Below, piece by piece: positions 9,224 through 16,586 of a stretch of 19,110 bases of DNA; within the stretch, counting starts at the first letter, position 1, and each line of letters begins with the position of its first letter. Position numbers and translations under genes: made by a program. The DNA is taken from the UHGV virus genome UHGV-0048443; one strand, written 5' to 3'. The stretch is from a virus. The notes under the pieces are model-generated. The model was given only the letters and a program-made list of their open reading frames with translations, was not told where the DNA came from and did no database searches.

Positions 9224-9280
9224 GTGAAATTAGCTATCAGGCTTCAATTACCGCTGGCATTCGCATCAAAGGAGAGGAGC

Positions 9281-9637
9281 ATGGAAATAAAACCAGAAGA
9301 TGAGTTAAGCAATATCGTTTTATTTCCGATAAAAGAGGATGACCCTCGTAATCAGGTTAATTTTCTTTATGAGCCATCGGAAAGACCATACTGCCATCAC
9401 GCTTCTGTCCGGGTTGACGAAAAAGAGCGTCAGGTCCGCTGTAAAATCTGCGGTGCAGTTGTGGAACCATTTGACTGGATGCTCTCTGTGGCGAAAAGAG
9501 AAACCAGGATGGCAGATGATGTAAAACAATTGCGCCAGGAGGAACGGGAAAGGCGAAAAAATATAGAAAAGCTAATTCAGATTGAGCGCAACGTGAAAGC
9601 GCGGATACGCAGGGCGACAAAAGCCCGAACTGAATAA
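9281..9637 (+). CDS. Hypothetical protein with C/H cluster (CHH...CKIC) and basic coiled-coil C-terminus (118 aa)
   Basis: ATG at 9281 with GGAGAGGAG SD; an in-frame GTG at 9224 is an alternative start. Confidence 0.55.
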   Translation: MEIKPEDELSNIVLFPIKEDDPRNQVNFLYEPSERPYCHHASVRVDEKERQVRCKICGAVVEPFDWMLSVAKRETRMADDVKQLRQEERERRKNIEKLIQIERNVKARIRRATKARTE

Positions 9638-9733
9638 TTAAATTTGGCACAGAACATAAAATTAATCCTTAACCGGAGGGATTTATGCACCCTCAGAACA
9701 TCAGGAGGCCACCCGAAAAGGCGGTAGTGAAAA

Positions 9734-10141
9734 ATGGCTGAATTAACCAAAGAGCAATTAATCGAAGAAGTTAAATTAAAAATAGCGATTGCGAAATGCC
9801 ATCCCAATTCAGGCGTGGCACGAGTAGAGGGTGAGTTATTCAAAATTGCAGTGACATCGCTGGAAGCAGAACCGATAGCGTGGGAATGCGGTGAAAACAT
9901 AATCCTGTTTAATCCTGACACAGTTGAAGCATACGCAAAACGTGCGGAGATATCACCTAAACCACTATTCGCCGCCCCACCTGTGCTGGTAGTGCCTGAA
10001 GGGCTTGTTAAAGCGGTACGCTTTTATGAACAGGTAAAGTGTGAGAATCCGCCAGCCGAAACCGGAGCATGGAAAGACGCTGTTGACTGGGTACTCGAAG
10101 AAGCTTGCCAGGCTGTAAACATTGGCATCAAAGGAGGGTGA
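9734..10141 (+). CDS. Hypothetical prophage protein (135 aa)
   Basis: ORF with ATG start; N-terminal ~45 aa resemble the N-terminus of the 10434-11249 product. Confidence 0.6.
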   Translation: MAELTKEQLIEEVKLKIAIAKCHPNSGVARVEGELFKIAVTSLEAEPIAWECGENIILFNPDTVEAYAKRAEISPKPLFAAPPVLVVPEGLVKAVRFYEQVKCENPPAETGAWKDAVDWVLEEACQAVNIGIKGG

Positions 10142-10142
10142 T

Positions 10143-10430
10143 ATGGCAACTTTGCAGGAATTAATCGACCTGACGCCAGAACAGGAAAAAGCGTGGAATC
10201 GCCTTGTGAAGGCTGTAAAGGATTTCAGGGCAGCCGGAGGAAAGTTTTATAGCGTCCTGGACACGCTGAGCGCATACAACGGCGAGCACGTTGCCAGCAT
10301 TGATAACGATAAGGGCTACCACACTGCAAGCGTCTATATGCCTAGCATTGATGCGCCAGGGCTAACCAGTTGGGCTGATGATTGGCACGGCATCACGCTG
10401 AAAGATGGCGTTGAAGTGGATGAGGACTAA
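10143..10430 (+). CDS. Hypothetical prophage protein (95 aa)
   Basis: ATG at 10143 preceded by AGGAGGG; tightly packed after the previous stop. Confidence 0.6.
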   Translation: MATLQELIDLTPEQEKAWNRLVKAVKDFRAAGGKFYSVLDTLSAYNGEHVASIDNDKGYHTASVYMPSIDAPGLTSWADDWHGITLKDGVEVDED

Positions 10431-10433
10431 CAC

Positions 10434-11249
10434 ATGACTACTTTTACCGACAAAGAACTGATTAAAGAAATCAAAGAGCGCATAGGCAGCCTGGACGTTC
10501 GAGACAATATTGAGCGCCGGTCGTATGAAATTGCACTGGCATCGCTGGAACGCGAACAGATTCGCCACGAGCATGCCAAATGGTCTGACTCCACATTTGG
10601 CTGCGTTGGCCCCATTGGTCCACTGAAACACCTCTCAAAAGAGGCACTGGAAGCCGCAGCCGAACCAGACGATCTTAGCGAGTGGGCTGATATGCAGTTT
10701 CTGTTGTGGGATGCACAGCGCCGTGCTGGCATCAGCGATGCTGAAATTAACGTTGCTATGGAAGATAAATTGAAGATCAACATGGAGCGCCAGTGGCCTG
10801 AGCCAAAAGATGGTGAGCCTCGCTTGCACATTAAAGAACCCGGCAACTCTCCGGTAATTCCGGATGGTTTATCCACGGTATGCGCTGAGGCTTATCAGGT
10901 TGTAGGAGTTATGGCAGATGCGCTTGGTGTATTCGGTGATGCAGCAGTACAGAAAGTTCTGGATAACCTGTCACAGCAAAAACTTGTTCACAGAGATGTG
11001 CTGCCGTTCTCGCTTCCGGTAACTCCGGATGGTTGGATAAGCTGTAGTGATCGAATGCCTGAAAAGGGCCAGAACGTGCTTATTTCGGTGAATTTCGATA
11101 GCTCTCTGGTTGAACCGCTAATATGCTCCGCACGCTATACCGGAAGCACCTTTCGGCGCGGAGATGCAACGATTAAGCCGGGTAATGGTATTGAGCAAGC
11201 AACTCACTGGATGCCGCTACCGGAACCGCCGCAGGAGGTGAATCAATGA
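10434..11249 (+). CDS. Two-domain prophage protein (271 aa); C-terminal region resembles the DUF551 family, N-terminal region possibly DUF550-like
   Basis: C-terminal GWISCSDRMPEKGQNVLI...WMPLPEPP pattern recalled from DUF551 proteins; domain names are from memory and unverified. Confidence 0.7.
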   Translation: MTTFTDKELIKEIKERIGSLDVRDNIERRSYEIALASLEREQIRHEHAKWSDSTFGCVGPIGPLKHLSKEALEAAAEPDDLSEWADMQFLLWDAQRRAGISDAEINVAMEDKLKINMERQWPEPKDGEPRLHIKEPGNSPVIPDGLSTVCAEAYQVVGVMADALGVFGDAAVQKVLDNLSQQKLVHRDVLPFSLPVTPDGWISCSDRMPEKGQNVLISVNFDSSLVEPLICSARYTGSTFRRGDATIKPGNGIEQATHWMPLPEPPQEVNQ

Positions 11250-11329
11250 GCTGGCCTGAAGCGTTCACAACGGTAGGAATTGCAATGGCGGTGGCGCTGG
11301 TGGTGTATTCTATTTGCCGCTGGGGGTAA
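11246..11329 (+). CDS. Candidate small hydrophobic peptide (27 aa; MSWPEAFTTVGIAMAVALVVYSICRWG)
   Basis: Hand-translated; AGGAGG SD 8 nt upstream; ATG overlaps the upstream stop (ATGA); one predicted transmembrane helix. Below the ORF-track cutoff. Confidence 0.35.
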   Translation: MSWPEAFTTVGIAMAVALVVYSICRWG

Positions 11330-11489
11330 GGTATTGAAAAACGCCCACACACATAAGTTGGGCACCTGAGTTGCGGGGATAGGGAGTTAGTTAAATAGTT
11401 ATACAACAATACCTGATTTTGTATTGAAGCAAGGAAGAGGTTGCCACATATTGAATCATGCACGTGTACGTCAAATGCGGGAGGTCATC

Positions 11490-11579
11490 GTGCTGGTTCT
11501 GAAATGTGCGCTGGCTATTGCGGCTGTAATGGCAATTTATTGTCTTGTTATTGTTCTTATGGATCACCTTTCTGATTGA
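11490..11579 (+). CDS. Candidate small hydrophobic peptide (29 aa from GTG; 34 aa from in-frame ATG at 11475): LVLKCALAIAAVMAIYCLVIVLMDHLSD
   Basis: Hand-translated; GGGAGG SD 5 nt before GTG 11490; single hydrophobic helix; candidate promoter TTGAAG-17-CATATT at 11424-11452. Confidence 0.3.
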   Translation: MLVLKCALAIAAVMAIYCLVIVLMDHLSD

Positions 11580-11733
11580 TTTTATATTGGCGAGGTGACG
11601 AGAGTTAAGTAGAATTGCTGCGGGTGCTTGAGGCTATCTGCCTCGGGCATGAACAGCAACGGCAGATAGATAAAAGCCCCAGTTAACATTACGCGTCCTG
11701 CAAGACGCTTAACATTAATCTGAGGCCCAATCT

Positions 11734-11931
11734 ATGCTTCACAAACGTAGGTTAGCCTCTTACGAGCCGAAAGGCAAGGAGAAGCAGGCTATGAAGCAGC
11801 AAAAGGCGATGTTAATCGCCCTGATCGTCATCTGTTTAACCGTCATAGTGACGGCACTGGTAACGAGGAAAGACCTCTGCGAGGTACGAATCCGAACCGG
11901 CCAGACGGAGGTCGCTGTCTTCACAGCTTAA
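11734..11931 (+). CDS. Mok-like reading frame: in-frame N-terminal extension of hok (65 aa)
   Basis: ORF MLHKRRLASYEPKGKEKQA-MKQQK...; layout parallels chromosomal mok/hok pairs as I recall them. Confidence 0.45.
   Translation: MLHKRRLASYEPKGKEKQAMKQQKAMLIALIVICLTVIVTALVTRKDLCEVRIRTGQTEVAVFTA
11791..11931 (+). CDS. hok: Hok-family type I toxin (46 aa), HokD/RelF-like
   Basis: MKQQKAMLIALIVICLTVIVTALVTRKDLCEVRIRTGQTEVAVFTA matches HokD over its length from memory; AAGGAG SD 9 nt upstream of ATG 11791. Confidence 0.8.
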   Translation: MKQQKAMLIALIVICLTVIVTALVTRKDLCEVRIRTGQTEVAVFTA

Positions 11932-12014
11932 GAACCTGAGGAGTAAGAGACCAGGCGGGGGAGAAATCCCTCGCCACCTCTGATGTGTCAGGCATCCTCA
12001 ATGCACCCACACTT

Positions 12015-12040
12015 AACCCGCTTCGGCGGGTTTTTTGTTG
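12015..12040 (+). terminator. Rho-independent terminator after hok (aacccgc-ttcg-gcgggtt + TTTTTT)
   Basis: GC stem with tetraloop followed by a T-run, 85 nt after the hok stop. Confidence 0.6.
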
Positions 12041-12182
12041 CGTGCTGAATACGCAGGGTGAAAAATAACCATATATTTGATTATATACACAACAAAAAAT
12101 AAAAGTCATTGTACTTGCACATTAAGCAATCAAATATACGGCGTGAAATAAATATTTTTCAGATTAATATTTTTGTCTCTGT

Positions 12183-12434
12183 GTGGATATAACCTTTTGT
12201 ACTTATAAACCTGGAGGCATCGTGGAAAAAATAAAGAAACTATTTAGTAGCAAATACGCAGTCATACGTCGTGATGACCTGTCAGTTATAGTCGAAATGG
12301 ATTACTTCCCTGAAACCCCAAAATCAATGATGTATCGTAATGGTCGAAAGGCAATTTTTTTACCGATGAGGGTAAGTGACATTATGGGAAATGATAAACT
12401 GCTGGATGAATTGCGAGTCAGAGCATCCTGTTAG
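12183..12434 (+). CDS. rem: Rem-like small prophage protein (83 aa from GTG 12183; 70 aa from GTG 12222)
   Basis: Position immediately after hok and the 83-aa length match the hokD-rem arrangement of Qin; GTG 12222 has the better SD (GGAGG). Preceded by a long AT-rich region. Confidence 0.5.
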   Translation: MDITFCTYKPGGIVEKIKKLFSSKYAVIRRDDLSVIVEMDYFPETPKSMMYRNGRKAIFLPMRVSDIMGNDKLLDELRVRASC

Positions 12435-12505
12435 TATTGGCATTAATTCTGGTATACTACATAACGGGCTGAACACCCATTCTACTGCGCCAGCGGAGAA
12501 CTACG

Positions 12506-13105
12506 ATGGCGCATATACAACTGGTCAAACAAACCTCTTCAGGATTACTTCTCCCGGCGACGCCGGAGAGTTGCGATTTTCTGCATCAAATCAAAATAGG
12601 CGAGTGGATACACGCTGATTTTAAGCGCGTTCGTAACTACGCATTCCATAAGCGTTTTTTCAAACTTCTGCAACTCGGATTCGATTACTGGACTCCAGTC
12701 GGAGGGGCGATCACGCCTCGCGAACGAAAACTGGTTTCAGGATTCGTTGATTACCTGTGTGAATCAGTAGGCCGGGAACATACGCCAGCTCTGAGCGAAG
12801 CCGCAGAGCAATATCTGAATACAGTTGCAACACGCAGAACCCGGGATACGGCATTGCTAAAGTCGTTTGACGCTTTCCGCGAGTGGGTAACCATTCAGGC
12901 CGGATTTTACACCGAGCATATTTATCCGGACGGTAGCCACGGGCGTCGGGCGAAATCCATCGCTTTTGCGAATATGGACGAAACCGAGTTTCAGCAGGTT
13001 TATAAAGCCGTACTGAATGTGCTGTGGAACTGGATCCTGTTCCGTAAATTCTCCTCTCCGGAGGAAGTCGAAAATGTGGCCGCGCAGCTGCTGGAGTTTG
13101 CGTAA
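12506..13105 (+). CDS. Nin-region protein, YbcN/DUF1367-like (199 aa)
   Basis: GGAGAA SD before ATG; position upstream of a DUF1364-like gene and Q as in DLP12-type nin regions. Family name from memory. Confidence 0.7.
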   Translation: MAHIQLVKQTSSGLLLPATPESCDFLHQIKIGEWIHADFKRVRNYAFHKRFFKLLQLGFDYWTPVGGAITPRERKLVSGFVDYLCESVGREHTPALSEAAEQYLNTVATRRTRDTALLKSFDAFREWVTIQAGFYTEHIYPDGSHGRRAKSIAFANMDETEFQQVYKAVLNVLWNWILFRKFSSPEEVENVAAQLLEFA

Positions 13106-13395
13106 TGGTGGATTTACGTAAAGCGGCAAAAGGTCAGATGTGTACAGTCAGAATTCCTGGCTACTGCAATCACAATCCCGAAACGTCCGTGCTGGCGCAT
13201 TACAGGCTGGCGGGGACGTGTGGAACAGCGACAAAACCACACGATATGCAGGCGGCAATTGCCTGTAGCTCATGCCACGATTTAATCGACGGGCGGGTAA
13301 AAACCAGCGATTACACCAAAGAAGAATTGCGCCTGATGCATGCAGAAGGTGTTTTTCGCACACAAGAAATCTGGAGAAAGGAAGGTTATTTATGA
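13105..13395 (+). CDS. YbcO/DUF1364-like putative zinc-binding nuclease (96 aa)
   Basis: Cys/His motifs (CTVRIPGYCNHNPETSVLAHYR...CSSCHD); TAATG coupling to the upstream gene and ATGA coupling to the downstream gene. Confidence 0.7.
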   Translation: MVDLRKAAKGQMCTVRIPGYCNHNPETSVLAHYRLAGTCGTATKPHDMQAAIACSSCHDLIDGRVKTSDYTKEELRLMHAEGVFRTQEIWRKEGYL

Positions 13396-13946
13396 TTTAC
13401 CCAACAAATACAGGCAAAAGCGGGGAACACCTTCGTCTCACCACGCTGGAAAGTGTCTGGATTCAGGGAAAACTGCGCATGTGGGGGCGCTGGTCGTATA
13501 TTGGCGGCGGTAAGACGGGAAATATGTTCAACCAGTTGCTGACCTCTAAAAAGCTGACAAAAACGGCAATTAACGAGGCGCTCCGGAGGATGAAAAAAGC
13601 AGGTCTGGACAAACCTGAACTTGAGGCTTTTTTGCGGGATATGATCAACGGCAAGCAAAAAAGCTGGCTGGTGCATTGTACTGATGCAGAGGCGTTATGC
13701 ATTGATCGGGTGATTAGTGAAGTGCTGGCAGAACACCCAGGATTGATTTGTATCCTCCGGCAACGATATGAAGGGAGGGGGATGACTAAGCGAAAAATGG
13801 CTGAATTGCTGAATGGTTCACACCCTGAGTGGTGTTACGCCACGTGCCGTAATCGCATAGATGCGTGGTTGAAAATGGCAGAGTTTATGCTCTATCTGCC
13901 GATGCGTGATGCATTCTCTTCCGGGGATTCAAAAACCGTCTGTTGA
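13392..13946 (+). CDS. Late-gene antiterminator Q-like protein (184 aa)
   Basis: Start at ATG 13392 (AAGGAAGG SD), not the ORF-track upstream Met. Position directly upstream of a promoter-plus-terminator unit and the lysis genes; Cys-rich C-terminal half. Family assignment from position and motif recall. Confidence 0.6.
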   Translation: MIYPTNTGKSGEHLRLTTLESVWIQGKLRMWGRWSYIGGGKTGNMFNQLLTSKKLTKTAINEALRRMKKAGLDKPELEAFLRDMINGKQKSWLVHCTDAEALCIDRVISEVLAEHPGLICILRQRYEGRGMTKRKMAELLNGSHPEWCYATCRNRIDAWLKMAEFMLYLPMRDAFSSGDSKTVC

Positions 13947-13972
13947 CTCAATCTGTTATCCGGGGCTATATT
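13943..13972 (+). promoter_or_regulatory. Candidate late promoter (PR'-like): TTGACT - 18 bp - TATATT
   Basis: Near-consensus -35 overlapping the Q stop codon and a -10-like hexamer; lambda PR' has the same -35 hexamer and position relative to Q. Confidence 0.5.
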
Positions 13973-14035
13973 CCTCACGCGCCAGCAAAATCTGGCGTCG
14001 GGATTGGCGTCCTGGATAGAGACCGCGACAGATAC

Positions 14036-14059
14036 ACGCCGCGAGCGTGTTTTTTATTG
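14036..14059 (+). terminator. Candidate tR'-like terminator (cacgc-cgcga-gcgtg + TTTTTTATT)
   Basis: Short GC stem followed by a T-run, about 65 nt downstream of the predicted start site. Confidence 0.4.
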
Positions 14060-14216
14060 TCGTATGCGCGCGCACATCTGAATTATGGTGGGCTGTGTGG
14101 GGGCGGAGAGATCCGCGCCGGTCGGTTTCCCGGTTACGCCAACCCTGCACAGTTCACCACCAGACGATTGGCGTCGTCGGTGGTGAGTTATTAAGAAACC
14201 ACCAGAGGGCGTCATT

Positions 14217-14828
14217 ATGACAACTCAAATTTCTGTTGAAACTCTTTCCCCGATCACCCATAACCAGATTCCTGTTATTACCACCGAACTTTTAGCGCAG
14301 CTTTACGGCACTGAGCCGGTGCGTATTCGCCAGAATCATCATGAGAACAAAGTACGCTTCGTTGAAGGGAAACACTTTTTCAAAGTTGTTGGTAATGACC
14401 TTAAAGAATTGCGGGTAGCTTTAAACTACTCACAAAATTTGCGGGTTACTTTAAGTAACTCACAAAATTTGCAACCATCTTTAAGAGGGTTGCAAATTTC
14501 CCCGAAAGCCCGCTCCCTCATCCTCTGGACAGAACGCGGAGCAGCCCGTCATGCCAAAATGCTCGAAACCGATCAGGCGTGGGATGTGTTCGAAAAGCTG
14601 GAAGACTGCTATTTCAGTCAAAAGGATCCGTCAACGCCAGTTTCATGCCAGAAAAGTTACGACACGCGAGTTCTCTGTTATCAGCAAGGCGGTGTCACTG
14701 TTTCCACAATTCAGTTGCGGGATGATGATATTGTTATTTCCCTTGAGTCATGGCTGGAACTGGCGAGAGCCAATGGTTGGTTTGTTGTTCGCAGAGATAA
14801 ACTGGTGGAAAGGCTGATGCAGCTTTAA
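14217..14828 (+). CDS. ORF6N/KilA-N-type domain protein (antirepressor-like), 203 aa
   Basis: N-terminal pattern IPVITTELLAQLYGTEPVRIRQNHHENKVRFVEGKHFFKV and later ARHAKMLETDQAWDVFEKLED are typical of ORF6N-domain proteins; GAGGG SD before ATG. Confidence 0.75.
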   Translation: MTTQISVETLSPITHNQIPVITTELLAQLYGTEPVRIRQNHHENKVRFVEGKHFFKVVGNDLKELRVALNYSQNLRVTLSNSQNLQPSLRGLQISPKARSLILWTERGAARHAKMLETDQAWDVFEKLEDCYFSQKDPSTPVSCQKSYDTRVLCYQQGGVTVSTIQLRDDDIVISLESWLELARANGWFVVRRDKLVERLMQL

Positions 14829-14923
14829 AAAAGTTCTTGCAATTTTAGCCATAAACTGCTTCAATTCCGGTACGCTTCGCAAAGCTGTATCGCGAGGCGA
14901 ACCAAGCGCATGAACTTTACCAG

Positions 14924-14952
14924 AACCCGCCATTGAGCGGGTTTTGTTGTTT
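14924..14952 (+). terminator. Rho-independent terminator (aacccgc-cattga-gcgggtt + TTTTGTTGTTT)
   Basis: About 100 nt after the ORF6N gene stop. Confidence 0.55.
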
Positions 14953-15176
14953 CTGACGGATAGAAAAAATGAAATAGCTAAATAAAAAGAATGCATTGGA
15001 TGCCATATATTGGCAACGTGACGACAGCGTTAATCTGGTCGGGCTCCCATGGCGACGTAGTGAGGGAGAGGAAGCGTAAAGCATCACTGAGTTACGGTTG
15101 GCACCCGGTTTAACGCGTAAGTAGCCTGATAAAGAGATAGTGCACCGCGGCACTAACAGCGGCAACGATTAACTGA

Positions 15177-15201
15177 CCTCGGCATTTGCCGGGGTTTTTT
15201 T
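15177..15201 (+). terminator. Rho-independent terminator (cctcggc-attt-gccgggg + TTTTTTT)
   Basis: 7-bp stem (one G-U pair), 4-nt loop, seven T; about 100 nt upstream of the holin start. Confidence 0.6.
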
Positions 15202-15325
15202 ATTTAAGGCCGCAGACAGGCCCATTTAGTGCAACGCCTTTCCCCGTTTCCGCTCCTGGAATATTCGGGGATTTTTTATTCCCTCAATTTGCACCCGCGA
15301 TATGTGCGAGGTGAGAGATGATGAA

Positions 15326-15693
15326 ATGCCTCATAACCCAAATACCTGGCCGGACTGGCTGGAGTTGTTTCAGAGCTGGTGGCGTGGAGACACTCCGCTG
15401 GGCGCAGTGATTATGTCGATCGTTATGGCTGGTTTGCGCATCGCCTATTTTGGCGGTGGTGGGGGCTGGAAACGAAAAACGCTTGAGATTCTGCTTTGTG
15501 GTGCTCTGACGCTGACCTTTGCATCCGCGCTTGAGTATGTCGGATGGCCTAAATCACTTTCTGNNNNNNNNNNNNNNNNNNNNNNNNNNTTTCTGTTGCC
15601 ATTGGTGGTGGGGTGGGGCTGATTGGTGTTGATGCTATTCGTGGTGCGGCAATGAGGGTCATCGGTAACAAGTTCGGTGCCCATAAGGAGTAA
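15326..15693 (+). CDS. Class I holin, lambda S-like (interrupted by N-run 15564-15589)
   Basis: LRIAYFGGGGGWKRKTLEILLCGAL parallels lambda S [22 protein letters not shown]; C-terminal part after the gap (SVAIGGGVGLIGVDAIRGAAMRVIGNKFGAHKE) parallels the lambda S C-terminus. In-frame alternative start at 15302. Directly upstream of the endolysin. Confidence 0.6.
15564..15589. other. Assembly gap (26 N) inside the holin gene, flanked by duplicated tttctg
   Basis: N-run. Merging the flanking 6-bp repeat restores a continuous in-frame holin. Confidence 0.8.
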
Positions 15694-15696
15694 TTA

Positions 15697-16210
15697 ATGC
15701 AGACACTTAATTCCCAGCGTAAAGCTTTCCTTGATATGGTGGCATGGTCAGAAGGAACAGATAACGGACGGCAGAAAACCAGAAATCACGGTTATGATGT
15801 TATTGTCGGTGGCGAACTGTTCACTGATTACTCCGATCACCCCCGCAAACTTGTCACGCTAAATCCGAAACTCAAATCAACAGCCGCCGGACGTTACCAG
15901 CNNNNNNNNNNAATCAACAGCCGCCGGACGTTACCAGCTTCTTTCTCGCTGGTGGGATTCCTACCGCAAGCAACTTGGCCTGAAAGATTTTTCTCCAGAA
16001 AGTCAGGATGCTGTAGCGCTGCAGCAGATTAAAGAGCGTGGCGCTTTACCGATGATTGACCGTGGCGATATTCGTCAGGCAATCGACCGTTGCAGCAATA
16101 TCTGGGCGTCGTTACCTGGTGCAGGTTACGGTCAGTATGAACATAGAATCGGTGACCTGATTTCCCGATTTAAAGAAGCTGGTGGGGTGGTAAATGAAGC
16201 TGAGATATAA
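15697..16210 (+). CDS. Endolysin, lambda R-like lytic transglycosylase (interrupted by N-run 15902-15911)
   Basis: QRKAFLDMVAWSEGTDNGRQKTRNHGYDVIVGGELFTDYSDHPRKLVTLNPKLKSTAAGRYQ matches lambda R closely from memory; after the gap, LLSRWWDSYRKQLGLKDFSPESQDAVALQQIKERGALPMIDRGDIRQAIDRCSNIWASLPGAGYGQ continues the match. Confidence 0.85.
15902..15911. other. Assembly gap (10 N) inside the endolysin gene, flanked by an exact 27-bp duplication (15875-15901 = 15912-15938)
   Basis: aatcaacagccgccggacgttaccagc occurs on both sides of the N-run; removing the gap plus one copy restores the lambda R-like frame. Confidence 0.85.
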
Positions 16211-16586
16211 GCTGGTTATTGTTGCCTTCTTTGTTACCGTCATCGGTTCTTTTATCTGGTCTGCCGGGCATTACTACAGCAAATATCAACACGAAAAGGA
16301 GCGCGCTGATGAGGTTGTACGAAATGCTGAATCAGCAACAGCCATTACCCGTAACGTCCTGCAATCACTGCAAATCATCAACACAGTTATAGAGGCTAAC
16401 CAGCATGCAAAACAGCAGATCGCACTGGAGTCACAGAGAACCCAGGAAGATATCAAAGTGGCTGTTGCGGATGATGATTGCGCTGTTCGTATCGTTCCTT
16501 CTGGCGCAGTTAAGCGGTTGCACGAGTACGCGAACGGTATACGTGTCGGTGCCGGTCGTTCCGTTACCAGCCAGTCTGACGGATGA
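16194..16586 (+). CDS. i-spanin (Rz-like), 130 aa
   Basis: N-terminal transmembrane segment LVIVAFFVTVIGSFIW followed by a charged helical region; immediately after the endolysin; overlaps a +1-frame lipoprotein ORF. Confidence 0.65.
   Translation: MKLRYKLVIVAFFVTVIGSFIWSAGHYYSKYQHEKERADEVVRNAESATAITRNVLQSLQIINTVIEANQHAKQQIALESQRTQEDIKVAVADDDCAVRIVPSGAVKRLHEYANGIRVGAGRSVTSQSDG

Noticed and set aside
13943-14194. Plus-strand 83-aa ORF right after the Q-like gene
   Set aside because: Overlaps the candidate late promoter and terminator; Arg/Gly-rich product; no SD. More likely an untranslated leader.
14829-15301. tRNA genes in the Q-to-holin region
   Set aside because: Looked for T-arm-like GGTTCGANTCC motifs and cloverleaf-sized dyads; none found. 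This was a visual scan only, so a covariance-model search could still overturn it.
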